Of a DNA stretch of 64,000 nucleotides, positions 35,899 to 45,581 are shown piece after piece; the first letter of the stretch is position 1; every line of letters begins with the position of its first letter. The stretch spans positions 11,466 to 75,465 of the forward strand of contig JBGQNR010000004.1 in assembly GCA_041501225.1 (NCBI GenBank), read 5' to 3'. The position numbers were made by a program, and so were the translations under genes. The notes under the pieces are model-generated. The model had not been told where the DNA came from. It was given only the letters and a program-made list of their open reading frames with translations, and made no database searches. Source of the DNA: Acidobacteriota bacterium (GTDB lineage Bacteria > Acidobacteriota > UBA6911).

Positions 35899-37490
35899 AT
35901 ACTCCCAAGAACCGCGGACTCGAAGGAGCAGCCCCTAAGGACAAACCCGCCAGGTTGCGGGCCTTTCATCAGGCGAAGTGGGATGAGGAGGTTATCTTTG
36001 AGTTGAGCACGAAGGGGGAGAGGGGGATCCTCGTACCCCCGGTGGAGGAGGCGGTGGAAGAAGAAGTCGGCGATGGCATCTCGGCGATCCCGGAGAACTT
36101 GCGCCGTAAAGCCCGACCCGCGCTGCCGGAAATCTCGCAGATGCGTGTCCTGAAGCATTATCTGCGGCTCTCGCAGCAAAATCTTGGGGCCGACCTCAAC
36201 GTGGACATCGGCCAGGGGACATGCACAATCAAATACAATCCGAAGATCAACGATGTCTTGGCGGCGTCCCCCAAAGTAGCCGAACTCCATCCTCTCCAGA
36301 GTGAAAGCACAGTTCAGGGCGCACTCGAAATCCTCTACAAGACCGACCTGTTCATGCGCGAGATCTCGGGACTCGACCGGTTTTCCTTTCAACCGGCTTC
36401 CGGATCGGCGGCCATTCTGGCCATGGCCTCGATTATCCAGGCCTATCATGAATCGCGCGGTGAGGGGAAAATTCGCGACGAGGTCATCACAACCATCTTT
36501 TCCCATCCATCGGATGCGGCCGCGGCTGCGGTCAAGGGTTACAAGGTCATCACCATTTACCAGACCGAAGATGGCCTGCCTGATCTTGATGCCTTGAGAA
36601 AATCGGTTTCGAAGCGGACGGCTGGGCTCCTGATCACGAATCCGGAAGACACCGGCATCTTCAACCCGCAGATCGATGAGATCACCCGGATCGTGCGTGA
36701 AGCCGGTGGATTGTGCGGTTACGATCAAGCCAATGCTAATGGGATTCTTGGCATGACCCGGGCAAGAGATGCCGGCTTCGATATGTGTTTCTTCAACCTC
36801 CACAAAACTTTCGGGACGCCTCATGGCTGCGGCGGCCCGGCCTGCGGTGCGCTCGGGGTACGGGAAAATCTCGTGGATTACCTGCCGGTCCCCCTCGTGG
36901 AATTTGACGGCAGCAAATATTTCCTGCGCTATGGTCTCGAGCACACGATCGGCAAGATCCGCAGCTTCTATGGCGTATTCCCGGTGGTCCTGAAGGCCTA
37001 TGCCTGGATTGCCAGCCTGGGCGAGCGCGGCTTGCGGGAGGCGGCGAACATTGCGGTTCTGAACAACAACTATATTCTGGAAAAGGTCAAAAAAATCCGC
37101 GGCGCGAGCGCTCCTTTCGCCTTGGGCCGGCATCGCATCGAACAGGCGAGGTACTCCTGGGAAAAGCTGACCAAGGACACGGGCGTCACAACGGAAGACA
37201 TCACCCGGCGCATGGCAGATTTCGGCTTTCACCTCTGGTCGAGCCACCACCCGTTCATTGTTCCCGAGCCGTTCACCATCGAACCGACGGAATCCTATTC
37301 CAAGGCCGAGCTTGACGAGTACGTGGCGGCGCTGAAAACAATTGCGGACGAGGCCTATGAGGATCCGGCCAAAGTCAAAGGCGCACCCTACCGTAGTGTC
37401 GTCCACAAGATCGATCACGGATGGTTTGACGACCCGGCGAAGTGGGCCATTACCTGGCGGGCCTATCTGAAGAAACATGGCACCGAGTGA
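35895..37490 (+). CDS. gcvPB: Glycine dehydrogenase (aminomethyl-transferring) subunit 2
   Basis: PLP-lysine context FNLHKTFGTPHGGGGP-like (FFNLHKTFGTPHGCGGP). ATG 35895 overlaps the gcvPA stop as ATGA. Confidence 0.93.
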   Translation: MNTPKNRGLEGAAPKDKPARLRAFHQAKWDEEVIFELSTKGERGILVPPVEEAVEEEVGDGISAIPENLRRKARPALPEISQMRVLKHYLRLSQQNLGADLNVDIGQGTCTIKYNPKINDVLAASPKVAELHPLQSESTVQGALEILYKTDLFMREISGLDRFSFQPASGSAAILAMASIIQAYHESRGEGKIRDEVITTIFSHPSDAAAAAVKGYKVITIYQTEDGLPDLDALRKSVSKRTAGLLITNPEDTGIFNPQIDEITRIVREAGGLCGYDQANANGILGMTRARDAGFDMCFFNLHKTFGTPHGCGGPACGALGVRENLVDYLPVPLVEFDGSKYFLRYGLEHTIGKIRSFYGVFPVVLKAYAWIASLGERGLREAANIAVLNNNYILEKVKKIRGASAPFALGRHRIEQARYSWEKLTKDTGVTTEDITRRMADFGFHLWSSHHPFIVPEPFTIEPTESYSKAELDEYVAALKTIADEAYEDPAKVKGAPYRSVVHKIDHGWFDDPAKWAITWRAYLKKHGTE

Positions 37491-37524
37491 GATGCTACTC
37501 TGAACAGCGCCTGCATGTGACCGT

Positions 37525-37758
37525 TCACTTTTTGACCATGGGGACGGTGCGTTTGAGTTCATCGAACCAATTCTGAACCAGGATGATCTCTGTTACCGGA
37601 TTAGGGTCTGCCGGGGCCGGCTTGACCATAAGAAATCGCTGGCCATCAAGCGAGATGTCGTATCCGCCTATGTTGACGGCCCAGGAGTAATGGACACCCC
37701 CAAACAACAGCCTGGGCCTGCCGGGAGAAAAGTCCGGATCCCAACAGATTCGCTCATC
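37525..37758 (-). pseudogene. Remnant of the C-terminus of a TolB/PD40-like beta-propeller protein
   Basis: There are 77 open codons with no credible start: ...WDPDFSPGRPRLLFGGVHYSWAVNIGGYDISLDGQRFLMVKP...IILVQNWFDELKRTVPMVKK. I recall the NWF(D/E)ELKR..VP tail as typical of acidobacterial propeller proteins. Confidence 0.45.
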
Positions 37759-40700
37759 CTACACGCGCAGGCAATCCGCCACAGCGTTAAGGAGTTCACT
37801 GGGTGTGAATGGTTTCTGAATGAAAGTGATGCCATGATCCAGGGCGAGCCACCCTCCAGCTATCTCGGGACTGTAACCGCTGCAGTAAATCACACGAAGT
37901 CGTGGATAGGCATGGCGCAGCGATTTGGCCAGTTCCCGGCCGCTTACGCCGCCCGGCATCACCATATCTGTGATCAACAGGTCCACTTGTTCCAGTTGTG
38001 CCTGAGAAAGTTGCCGGGCTTCGGCGCCGGAGCTGGCAACCATAACGTTATAGCCCTGACGGGCAAGCGTGCGGAAGATCAGCTCGCGCACAGATGCCTC
38101 ATCTTCCACCAACAGGATGGTTTCGCCATGCCCCAATGCGGGCGCCCGATCCGTGCGGACTGACACTTCCGAATCCGGAACCGGACCGGCGGGCAAGTGG
38201 ATCAGGAACGTAGTGCCCTGGCCTAATCTGCTGTCCACTTCAATCCAGCCGTCGTGCTGGGTGATGATGCCGAAAACAGTGGCCAGGCCCAGGCCGGTGC
38301 CCTTGCCCACTTCCTTTGTGGTAAAAAAGGGCTCAAAGATCCTTCCGCGGATTTCAGGAGGAATGCCGCAGCCTGTGTCGCGGACCGCCAGGCGGACGAA
38401 TCGCCCCGGCCGGGCGTTGGGATTGGGCGAGGGCGGCGCAGACTGGTAGGTCACTGTGCTGGTTGCGATGTGCAATCGGCCGCCCTGCGGCATGGCATCG
38501 CGCGCATTCACAGCAAGGTTCATGATGACCTGCTCCAACATCCCCGGATCGCCTTGGACAGCAGGAAGGTCGTTCTCGTAACTGAATTCGAGGGTAATGT
38601 GCTCCCCGAGAACCCGTCCCAGCAGCTTGGTGAGGTTGCTGGTAAGCTCGTTTAAACTCACCGACGCAGGCTGCAATTGCTGTTTGCGGCTGAAAAGCAG
38701 CAACTGGCGGGTCAGGTTGGCAGCCCGTTCGCCGGCTGCCGCAATCTGGGTCAGCCATTCCATGCATTCAGGGTTGTCCGCCAGAATCTCGGACAGAATT
38801 GCCGCACTGCCGTTGATGACCGTAAGGATGTTGTTGAAGTCGTGGGCCACGCCGGCGGCCAGCTGGCCGACAGACTCCATCTTCTGCAAATGCCGCAACT
38901 GCTCCTCCAACTGGCGCCGCTGAGTGATGTCATTGACCACTGCGAGGATTCCCCTGCGGCCATCGGGCAGAGGGACAGACATCTCGTGCAGCTCCACACG
39001 GTGGACTTGTCCGTCCTTGCCGACATTGTCAACCTCGTGCAGGAGTGTCTTACCGGCCATAAGCTCATCGAGGTGTCGGTCCACCTCCGCCTGGTTCTCG
39101 GGTGGAACGAGCATGCGCACGCTCCGGCCGCACATTTCTTCGCGCGAATAACCGAAGATGCGGCACATCGCGGCATTAACTTCCAGGATGTTGGTCGCTG
39201 CGTCCTGTAGCACGATTCCCGCGGGGCAGAGTTCAAAGAGCGAGCGGTAGCGTTTCTCTCTTTCGGCAACGGCCTCCTCGGCGCGCTTCAGCTCGGTGAT
39301 ATCCCAGAAAATGCCTTGCACGCCGATGATCTGCTCCTGCGCGTCGCGCAAAGGGGATTTCACCACCCACACAACACGCCGGCCCTGGTTTGGGGACTCA
39401 TGCTCTTCCTCGTGTTCAACGGACTGGCCGGTGTCAATGACATGCTGATCATCCTGCCTATATTTGGCAGTCAGGTCCGGAGGGCAGAAATCGGCATCTG
39501 TCTTCCCCAGAATCTCAGCGAGGGATTTGTCCAAGCTCCTGCAGAACTGCTGATTGGCAAACGTGAACCGGCCGTCCAGGTCTTTGCGGAATATGTTTTG
39601 CGGCAGGTTTTCGACCAGCGAGTGGTAGAGTCGCTCGGAATCCCGAAGCTGTTGCTCGGCCCGCCGGCGATCGGTCACGTCCATCACAAGAGACGCCACA
39701 GCTACCACCTTGCCGTGTTCGTCTACCAAGGGCGTGTTGTACCACTCGCAGAATATGCTCCGGCCATCCTTGTGGACGTTCTCATTTGTGCTGCGCTCGC
39801 CGCCTTGCCGGGCCAGCAAATTTTTCCACGTTCCTTCCACGTGCGGCCGGACAGCCTCGGGAATGATGAAGGCGGCGTGTTTGCCCAGAGCCTCCGCCGC
39901 ACTATAGCCGAAGACTTTCTCGGCAGCGGGATTCCATCTCGTGACGAGGAAATCGAGATCCCATTCGATGACGCCCAGCGGAGTCTGGTCAAAATGCAGC
40001 CGCTCCAATTGGTGTGCCAGGCGCAGCGCCACATCCGCCCGCCTGGCCTCGGTGATATCGCGGAAACTCCACACCCGGCCTACCGGTTTGCCGCCGATCC
40101 TTTGCGGATGGGAGTAACGCTCAAAAACTCTGCCATCCTCGAACTCCACGAGGTCGAAGCTGTCCGCTTCCGGATTCGCGTAAAGCTCGCGCACCTTGGC
40201 AAGGAATCCCTCGGGGTCTTTCAGCTGAGGCAGGATGTTTTGCATGATCTGCCGGTCGCTTTCCGACTCGAGTATGTCGCGACTCCTGCCTGCGGCGAGC
40301 ACGTCGGAGGGCAATCGCCACATCTGCAGAAACTTCTCGTTGCGGTCCACGATTCTCCCCTGACGATCGACGACCAGGATGCCATCGGCAGTGGACTCAA
40401 GGGTCGCCCGCAGCAGCGAGAGAGATCGCTGCAACGTCTCCTCCGCCCGTTTGTGTTCGGTGATGTCGCGGGCTGAGGAAAGGATCATGGGTTCGCCTTG
40501 GAGATTAAACAGTACATTGGTAATCTCCACCGGAACCGGACGGCCCTCCTTGGTGATATGCTTGCCTTCCCAGGTGGCGCGGCCTCCGGCCTGCAGTTTT
40601 CGCATCGCCTCTGGAATGGCTGCCAATCCCTCCGGCGCATCAAGGTCCATCGGCCGCATGCACAGGAGTTCCTCGCGCGTGTATCCATAGCGCCGGCAGG

Positions 40701-41613
40701 CCACTTCGTTCACTTCGATGAACCGGCCCGGCAGTCCATCAGGATCGAACTCGTGAACGAAAACCGCATCGTTGGCGCTGTTGAACATGAGCCGGTAGTG
40801 TTCCTCGCTGCGGCGGATCGACTCTTCCGCTCGCTTGTGTTGCGTGATGTCGCGGGCGATACCTTGGATCGCATAAGGCTTCCCTTGCTTATAAATGAGT
40901 GAAGACTGGACCTCGACATCAATCTCTTTGCCATCCCATCGTCGCAGCCGGAATTCAGCGGGTTTTTTCTGGTAGCCGATTGCCCTTATTTCCTCGGTGG
41001 TCTGGAAGGCTAGCGGCAATTGATCTGCACTCAGTATGGAGCAGTAGTTGAGCGTTCGAAGCTCCTCGCGCGCATAACCCAGCAAATCGAGGGCAGCCTG
41101 GTTGGCATCCAGGAAATTCCCGTCAAAGTCCCCGAGAAAAACGCAGTCCAGGGAACGCTCGAACAACGCCTGGTAACGATCTTCGCTTTCCCGTAATGCT
41201 TCCTCCATCTGCTTTCGTTGAGTAATGTCGCGGACGACGGCCAGCACCCATTCCCGGCCGCCACTCCCGGATTTGCGCAGCGAGACATCGCACCAAAACA
41301 ACTCCCCGTTTTTCCGCCGGGCCCGCCATTCAAAAAGTTGGGGGCCCGTCTCCACCGCCTTTCGAAGCCACTCCCCTGCCTCGGTTTCTGAATAGGGACT
41401 CTCGGCGAGGCTGCTGTGCGGAGCGCGGAGTTGCAGGGCCTCCTCACGCGAAAAGCCGTACATTTCGAGCATGCGATCGTTTACATCCAGAATGCGGCCG
41501 GTCACCGCGTCATGGACGAATATAGCCTCGTTGGTGGCATTGAAAAGATCCCGCCATGGGCTTTCTTCTTTGCAGGAATTCGTCTTGTTCGGTGAACGCG
41601 ATGATTTTTTCAT
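37759..41613 (-). CDS. Multi-PAS hybrid sensor histidine kinase with C-terminal receiver
   Basis: At least seven PAS/PAC-like repeats, each ending in DIT(E/Q)(R/H)K.(A/M)EE. H-box [38 protein letters not shown]. Receiver ILLVEDE...[11 protein letters not shown]...FIQKPF. Confidence 0.93.
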   Translation of the reverse strand: MKKSSRSPNKTNSCKEESPWRDLFNATNEAIFVHDAVTGRILDVNDRMLEMYGFSREEALQLRAPHSSLAESPYSETEAGEWLRKAVETGPQLFEWRARRKNGELFWCDVSLRKSGSGGREWVLAVVRDITQRKQMEEALRESEDRYQALFERSLDCVFLGDFDGNFLDANQAALDLLGYAREELRTLNYCSILSADQLPLAFQTTEEIRAIGYQKKPAEFRLRRWDGKEIDVEVQSSLIYKQGKPYAIQGIARDITQHKRAEESIRRSEEHYRLMFNSANDAVFVHEFDPDGLPGRFIEVNEVACRRYGYTREELLCMRPMDLDAPEGLAAIPEAMRKLQAGGRATWEGKHITKEGRPVPVEITNVLFNLQGEPMILSSARDITEHKRAEETLQRSLSLLRATLESTADGILVVDRQGRIVDRNEKFLQMWRLPSDVLAAGRSRDILESESDRQIMQNILPQLKDPEGFLAKVRELYANPEADSFDLVEFEDGRVFERYSHPQRIGGKPVGRVWSFRDITEARRADVALRLAHQLERLHFDQTPLGVIEWDLDFLVTRWNPAAEKVFGYSAAEALGKHAAFIIPEAVRPHVEGTWKNLLARQGGERSTNENVHKDGRSIFCEWYNTPLVDEHGKVVAVASLVMDVTDRRRAEQQLRDSERLYHSLVENLPQNIFRKDLDGRFTFANQQFCRSLDKSLAEILGKTDADFCPPDLTAKYRQDDQHVIDTGQSVEHEEEHESPNQGRRVVWVVKSPLRDAQEQIIGVQGIFWDITELKRAEEAVAEREKRYRSLFELCPAGIVLQDAATNILEVNAAMCRIFGYSREEMCGRSVRMLVPPENQAEVDRHLDELMAGKTLLHEVDNVGKDGQVHRVELHEMSVPLPDGRRGILAVVNDITQRRQLEEQLRHLQKMESVGQLAAGVAHDFNNILTVINGSAAILSEILADNPECMEWLTQIAAAGERAANLTRQLLLFSRKQQLQPASVSLNELTSNLTKLLGRVLGEHITLEFSYENDLPAVQGDPGMLEQVIMNLAVNARDAMPQGGRLHIATSTVTYQSAPPSPNPNARPGRFVRLAVRDTGCGIPPEIRGRIFEPFFTTKEVGKGTGLGLATVFGIITQHDGWIEVDSRLGQGTTFLIHLPAGPVPDSEVSVRTDRAPALGHGETILLVEDEASVRELIFRTLARQGYNVMVASSGAEARQLSQAQLEQVDLLITDMVMPGGVSGRELAKSLRHAYPRLRVIYCSGYSPEIAGGWLALDHGITFIQKPFTPSELLNAVADCLRV

Positions 41614-42178
41614 GGTTGCCGCCTCGGATGAGCTTGAGCGGACAAACAGGGTCCTGTCTCAAACCTCTCCCTATGCACTCTCAATCCATCGGCAAATTCC
41701 GGCCAATCCTGAAGGTAATGAGCACTGAGGCCGAGAATTGCAAGTGACGTATCATTCGGCGCCAATCCAGCAAATCGCAGGGCTATGTACCGGGCAGGCA
41801 TCCGCTCTGGTGCAAATGCAAGAGCGAAAGGGGATGTCGCCCCATGACGCAAGCGTACACCAGCACGGCAACACAATTGCCCGAATCCAATGCACCGCGG
41901 CTTACGGCGGGTATCGAACCATCGTTCATTTAATCAGTCGCAGGAGTGTTGTCAAGTAATTGTGAGCAGTTTCGCAGCGGCGACCAGCCTTTGAGTACGA
42001 TATTGTAGTGGTTCCGGTCATCCCACCCACATCGCCGACCAGCACCGAGAATATGGTTTGCGCCAGGGAGCGCCCCGTTGGGGTCGGATTTCCTTTTGTT
42101 CGCAGCTCACAAAGGATATAAACAAGGCACTGGAAGTCCTGCAAACACTCATGACTTTTGGACAGGGAGGAACGAGCG

Positions 42179-42775
42179 ATGGAAGCATTCCATACTGAAT
42201 TTAGCGTGCTCTGGCATGACATGATCCTATTAGCGCTTCCGGTTGCGGAGAAGGTTTTGCGGCCCGTGATTGTGTACTTCTTTCTGGTCATTCTTTTGCG
42301 GATTTTCGGCAAGCGGGAATTGGCGCAACTGAATCCCTTTGACCTGGTGGTTCTGCTGTCGCTCTCCAACACGGTCCAAAATGCGATCATCGGGGAAGAT
42401 AATTCGGTCACCGGTGGTTTGATCGGGGCGGCCACTCTCCTCACCGTGAATTATCTCGTGGTCCGCTTCCTGTTCAAGCATCGCCGTCTCGATCAGGTGC
42501 TGGAAGGCAAGCCGACGGTGCTGATCGAAAGAGGGCAGATCAACATGAAAGGACTTGCGAAAGAGCTGCTCACACGATCGGAACTCATGACTGTGCTCCA
42601 CCGGCAAGGATTCTCCCGGCTGGAAGATGTGGAACGTTGCGTGCTCGAGCCCGACGGCACATTTTTTGTCCGCGGCAAAGAACCGGCGCTGCCTATCAGG
42701 CAGCACGCCGAGTTGATGACCAGGCTCGATCAGCTTTCCCAGCGGATAGAACATCTGGCCCAGTCGCGCACCTGA
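42179..42775 (+). CDS. DUF421 (YetF-like) membrane protein
   Basis: RIFGKRELAQLNPFDLVVLLSLSNTVQNAIIGEDNSVTGGLIGAATLL. ATG 42179 is preceded by GGGAGGA; the ORF-track TTG at 42158 is less likely. Confidence 0.8.
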   Translation: MEAFHTEFSVLWHDMILLALPVAEKVLRPVIVYFFLVILLRIFGKRELAQLNPFDLVVLLSLSNTVQNAIIGEDNSVTGGLIGAATLLTVNYLVVRFLFKHRRLDQVLEGKPTVLIERGQINMKGLAKELLTRSELMTVLHRQGFSRLEDVERCVLEPDGTFFVRGKEPALPIRQHAELMTRLDQLSQRIEHLAQSRT

Positions 42776-42912
42776 GGCTCGCCCAACTGCCTCCCCTGGA
42801 ACACAGGTGAACTGGGCAAGCAGGCCCCGGCCGCTGGATGGGCGAGGAAACTAATAAATCCAGACTTCGGAGCACCGTGCGGCGCCCGGCGCCCGCTTCC
42901 AACTCTTACCGT

Positions 42913-43341
42913 TCAGTCTTTCAGCAGGTCGAAGCTGAGAGCAGGTTTGCCGGCCAGAGCGATCCGGAAACCAAATACCGCGAGGGCCGCGGCGATAAAA
43001 AGAATTCCGATCGAGTAGTTGGAATACCAACGAGACAGGTCTGAAGTGATGGGAACACCATTCGAAATATCGTAGAAACTAAGAAACGTTAGAACGGCAA
43101 AAAGGCCAAAACGGAGCAACAGCAGAATAAACCCTACGGCCAGGAACAACCCGAGCAAAGCACCGATCAGGGGGTTCACAGCCGAGCCGGCGCTGGTCGC
43201 CGTTAGCACGGCCACGATTACGGCAGCCGCGAGCCATTGTCTCTTTAAAACCAGCCGAAGCAGGAAAAGGGCCAGGAAGAGCAGGATCTTTTTCCAGGCA
43301 GCGCAGGATGACGCGTGCGACGACGGGATCAATGTCCGCAA
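42913..43341 (-). CDS. Multi-TM segment, probably the frameshifted 3-prime part of the upstream Ser/Thr kinase gene
   Basis: Four hydrophobic helices (ILLFLALFLL, AAAVIVAVL, LIGALLGLFLAVGFILLLL, IGILFIAAALAVFGF). The ORF overlaps the kinase ORF by 263 nt in another frame. Its apparent N-terminus is an out-of-frame reading of the kinase. Confidence 0.5.
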   Translation of the reverse strand: MRTLIPSSHASSCAAWKKILLFLALFLLRLVLKRQWLAAAVIVAVLTATSAGSAVNPLIGALLGLFLAVGFILLLLRFGLFAVLTFLSFYDISNGVPITSDLSRWYSNYSIGILFIAAALAVFGFRIALAGKPALSFDLLKD

Positions 43342-44053
43342 TGATCATAGACGGGTTGGTGGGATTCACTTCGCGATGCAGTCTCACCAATTCGGTGAGA
43401 GTGGTGGCCTTGAAGGCGGGCTTCCCGGTGAACAACTCGTACAGGACCAGACCGAGAGAGTACAGGTCGCTTCGAATCGATTCTCCTTTGCCAGCAAACT
43501 GTTCCGGGGCCATATAGGCCGGCGTGCCTTCCAATACCCTGGGATCGCGCACGTCCTCGACCGTGCGAGCCAGACCAAAATCCGCGATCCGCACCTTGCC
43601 GCGCCCACCAATCATGACGTTGACCGGCTTCAGATCCCTGTGGAGCACGCCTTTTTCATGCGCTGCTGCCAGTCCTGCGCACAGCTGGCGCGCAATTTCG
43701 AGCGCTTTGTCCTGAGGCAGTCTGCCGATGCGGCGCAGCAACGATGCCAAATCCTCGCCATCGATATACTCCATGGAAAGGAAGTGTTTGCCCTCCTCCT
43801 TGCCGACATCGTGAATCCGACAAACGTTGGGATGCGATACCTGGAGCGCGAGCCGCACCTCACTGTCAAAACGTTCTAATCGGCCGGAATCTTCTGCCAA
43901 CTTCTCCGGCAGGAACTTGAGTGCTACCGGCTGCCCAAGAGTGAGATCGTCCGCACGATACACTTCACCCATGCCGCCCTTGCCCAGCAGCCCTATAATG
44001 CGGTATCGACCTGAAAAAATGGCGCCCGGGGCAAATCGAGCGGCCCCCTGCAA
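43079..44053 (-). CDS. Ser/Thr protein kinase catalytic domain (Hanks type), likely part of a disrupted gene
   Basis: GKGGMGEVYRA, ALKFL, HRDLKPVNV, DFGLAR, GTPAYMAPE, RCLEKDP. The only possible start is TTG without an SD. The last 60 codons are Arg/Cys-rich and look out of frame. Confidence 0.8.
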   Translation of the reverse strand: MQGAARFAPGAIFSGRYRIIGLLGKGGMGEVYRADDLTLGQPVALKFLPEKLAEDSGRLERFDSEVRLALQVSHPNVCRIHDVGKEEGKHFLSMEYIDGEDLASLLRRIGRLPQDKALEIARQLCAGLAAAHEKGVLHRDLKPVNVMIGGRGKVRIADFGLARTVEDVRDPRVLEGTPAYMAPEQFAGKGESIRSDLYSLGLVLYELFTGKPAFKATTLTELVRLHREVNPTNPSMIIADIDPVVARVILRCLEKDPALPGPFPASAGFKETMARGCRNRGRANGDQRRLGCEPPDRCFARVVPGRRVYSAVAPFWPFCRSNVS

Positions 44054-44247
44054 GGAGGAACTGGAGATTCTACTCCGCCGGAAAGATTCGAAGATGCCGG
44101 CACGGCAGTAGGGGTGTCAGCCGCGGCGGTGGGCGTCGCCTGTGTCACAGCCATCGTGGCCAGCATGGAGGAAGAGAACGCCAATCCGCACGATGGACAG
44201 AACCTGGTGTTTTCAGGCGATTCAGTCGAGCAGGAGCGGCAGTGCAT
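43993..44247 (-). CDS. Zinc-ribbon N-terminal ORF, probably the original 5-prime part of the kinase gene
   Basis: MHCRSCSTESPENTRFCPSCG (CxxC-N12-CxxC), then a T/A/P-rich linker. It has a good SD (AAGGAAAG) and ATG, and overlaps the kinase ORF by 61 nt in a different frame. Confidence 0.55.
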   Translation of the reverse strand: MHCRSCSTESPENTRFCPSCGLAFSSSMLATMAVTQATPTAAADTPTAVPASSNLSGGVESPVPPCRGPLDLPRAPFFQVDTAL

Positions 44248-44410
44248 TGGTCTTTCCTTTGAATCAATGACTTATAGGGCTTTCTATCCCGGGGAGCAAG
44301 TAGAAAAGCTGAACGGAAAAAGTGAAGTGTTGGTTCCATAGCTTCATCTTTTTAGCTTTTGGATATATCGATCAATGTTGCTAGATTTACCCTCATCCGA
44401 GTGATGAACC

Positions 44411-45442
44411 ATGACCAAAGCAGGATTTTTGATCGACGACCGATTCCGGCACCACATCACTGGCAACCGCCACCAAGAGTCCCCGGATCGACTGACCCAC
44501 ATCCAACATGCAATTGATGATTTCGGCGCAGGGGAACGCTGGCGGCGGATCGAAGCCCGGGCCGCCCGGATGGATCAACTCGAACTGGTTCACCACCCGG
44601 CTCACATCGACCGTGTGCGGCGCGCCACAGAGCTGGCTCCAAGCTTTTTGGACATGGACACTCCGGTGTCCGCCGGGAGCTTTGATGCGGCTTTGCTGGC
44701 GGCAGGAGGCGTTCTGGCGTGCGTGGATGCCATCTGCGCCGGGGAAATCGATCGTGCCTTTGCATTCATCCGGCCTCCCGGCCACCATGCGGAACCCGAT
44801 CGAGCTATGGGATTCTGCTTGTTTAATAACGTCGCCCTGGGCGCGGCCTATCTCAGATCAGAACATGCAATCGAGCGGGTCGCGATTGTTGACTTCGACG
44901 TCCATCATGGCAACGGCACGCAGGCGTGTTTCTATAGCGATCCCGGCGTGCTTTTCATCTCCTCTCATCAGTATCCCTACTATCCCGGCACAGGTGATTT
45001 TTGCCAGGTTGGCATCCAAGAGGGATGGGGGTACACGCTCAATTTCCCGTTGCCGGCTGGAACCGGAGATGACGTTTTCGTCCCCATCTATTCCCGCATC
45101 ATCGCCCCGATCCTTGGACAATATCAGCCGCAGTTCATCCTGGTTTCCGCGGGATTCGACGCCTTCCTGGGCGATCCTCTGGGAGGTTTGGCATTGAGTG
45201 CCGCCGGCTTTGCATCCGCAGCTGCTTCCTTGATCAAATCCGCGGACAGGTGTTGCGGAGGCAAGATCTGCTTTGTGTTGGAGGGGGGATACAGCCCGGC
45301 AGGACTTCAGGATTGTGCCAAAGCGGTCATGGGCGAGATGGAATCCGAGAATCCGAAAGAGCTAGCCCTCCCCGAGGACCCCCTCTTTGAAGTAATATCA
45401 AAGCATGCCCAGGGAGAACTCGGCGAACATTGGCATTGGTGA
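44411..45442 (+). CDS. Histone deacetylase family (arginase-deacetylase fold) protein
   Basis: PPGHHAEPDRAMGFCLFNN, DFDVHHGNGTQ, SAGFDAFLGDPLG, LEGGY. Confidence 0.92.
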   Translation: MTKAGFLIDDRFRHHITGNRHQESPDRLTHIQHAIDDFGAGERWRRIEARAARMDQLELVHHPAHIDRVRRATELAPSFLDMDTPVSAGSFDAALLAAGGVLACVDAICAGEIDRAFAFIRPPGHHAEPDRAMGFCLFNNVALGAAYLRSEHAIERVAIVDFDVHHGNGTQACFYSDPGVLFISSHQYPYYPGTGDFCQVGIQEGWGYTLNFPLPAGTGDDVFVPIYSRIIAPILGQYQPQFILVSAGFDAFLGDPLGGLALSAAGFASAAASLIKSADRCCGGKICFVLEGGYSPAGLQDCAKAVMGEMESENPKELALPEDPLFEVISKHAQGELGEHWHW

Positions 45443-45449
45443 TGTTGAA

Positions 45450-45562
45450 GGGGTCAGGTCTGGAAAATTTCATTTTTCATTCTCCTCTCGCCGGTGCAGC
45501 AGATGATGCAAAATGAAATTTTCCAGACCTGACCCCCATTTGACCCCCATTACCCATTACCC
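45450..45562. repeat. 27-bp perfect inverted repeat followed by tandem 11-mers
   Basis: GGGGTCAGGTCTGGAAAATTTCATTTT (45450-45476) versus AAAATGAAATTTTCCAGACCTGACCCC (45510-45536), with a 33-nt loop. Then TGACCCCCATT twice (45530-45551) and ACCCATTACCC. Confidence 0.9.
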
Positions 45563-45581
45563 GCTTGGAGGAGGAATGATC

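Noticed and set aside
41890-41935. tRNA-like fragment: the minus strand reads GGTTCGATACCCGCC, reminiscent of a T-arm, which could mark an integration site.
   Set aside because: The flanking bases do not form a T-stem (GATGG versus CCCGC). No acceptor, D or anticodon arms can be drawn. No integrase or direct repeat is nearby.
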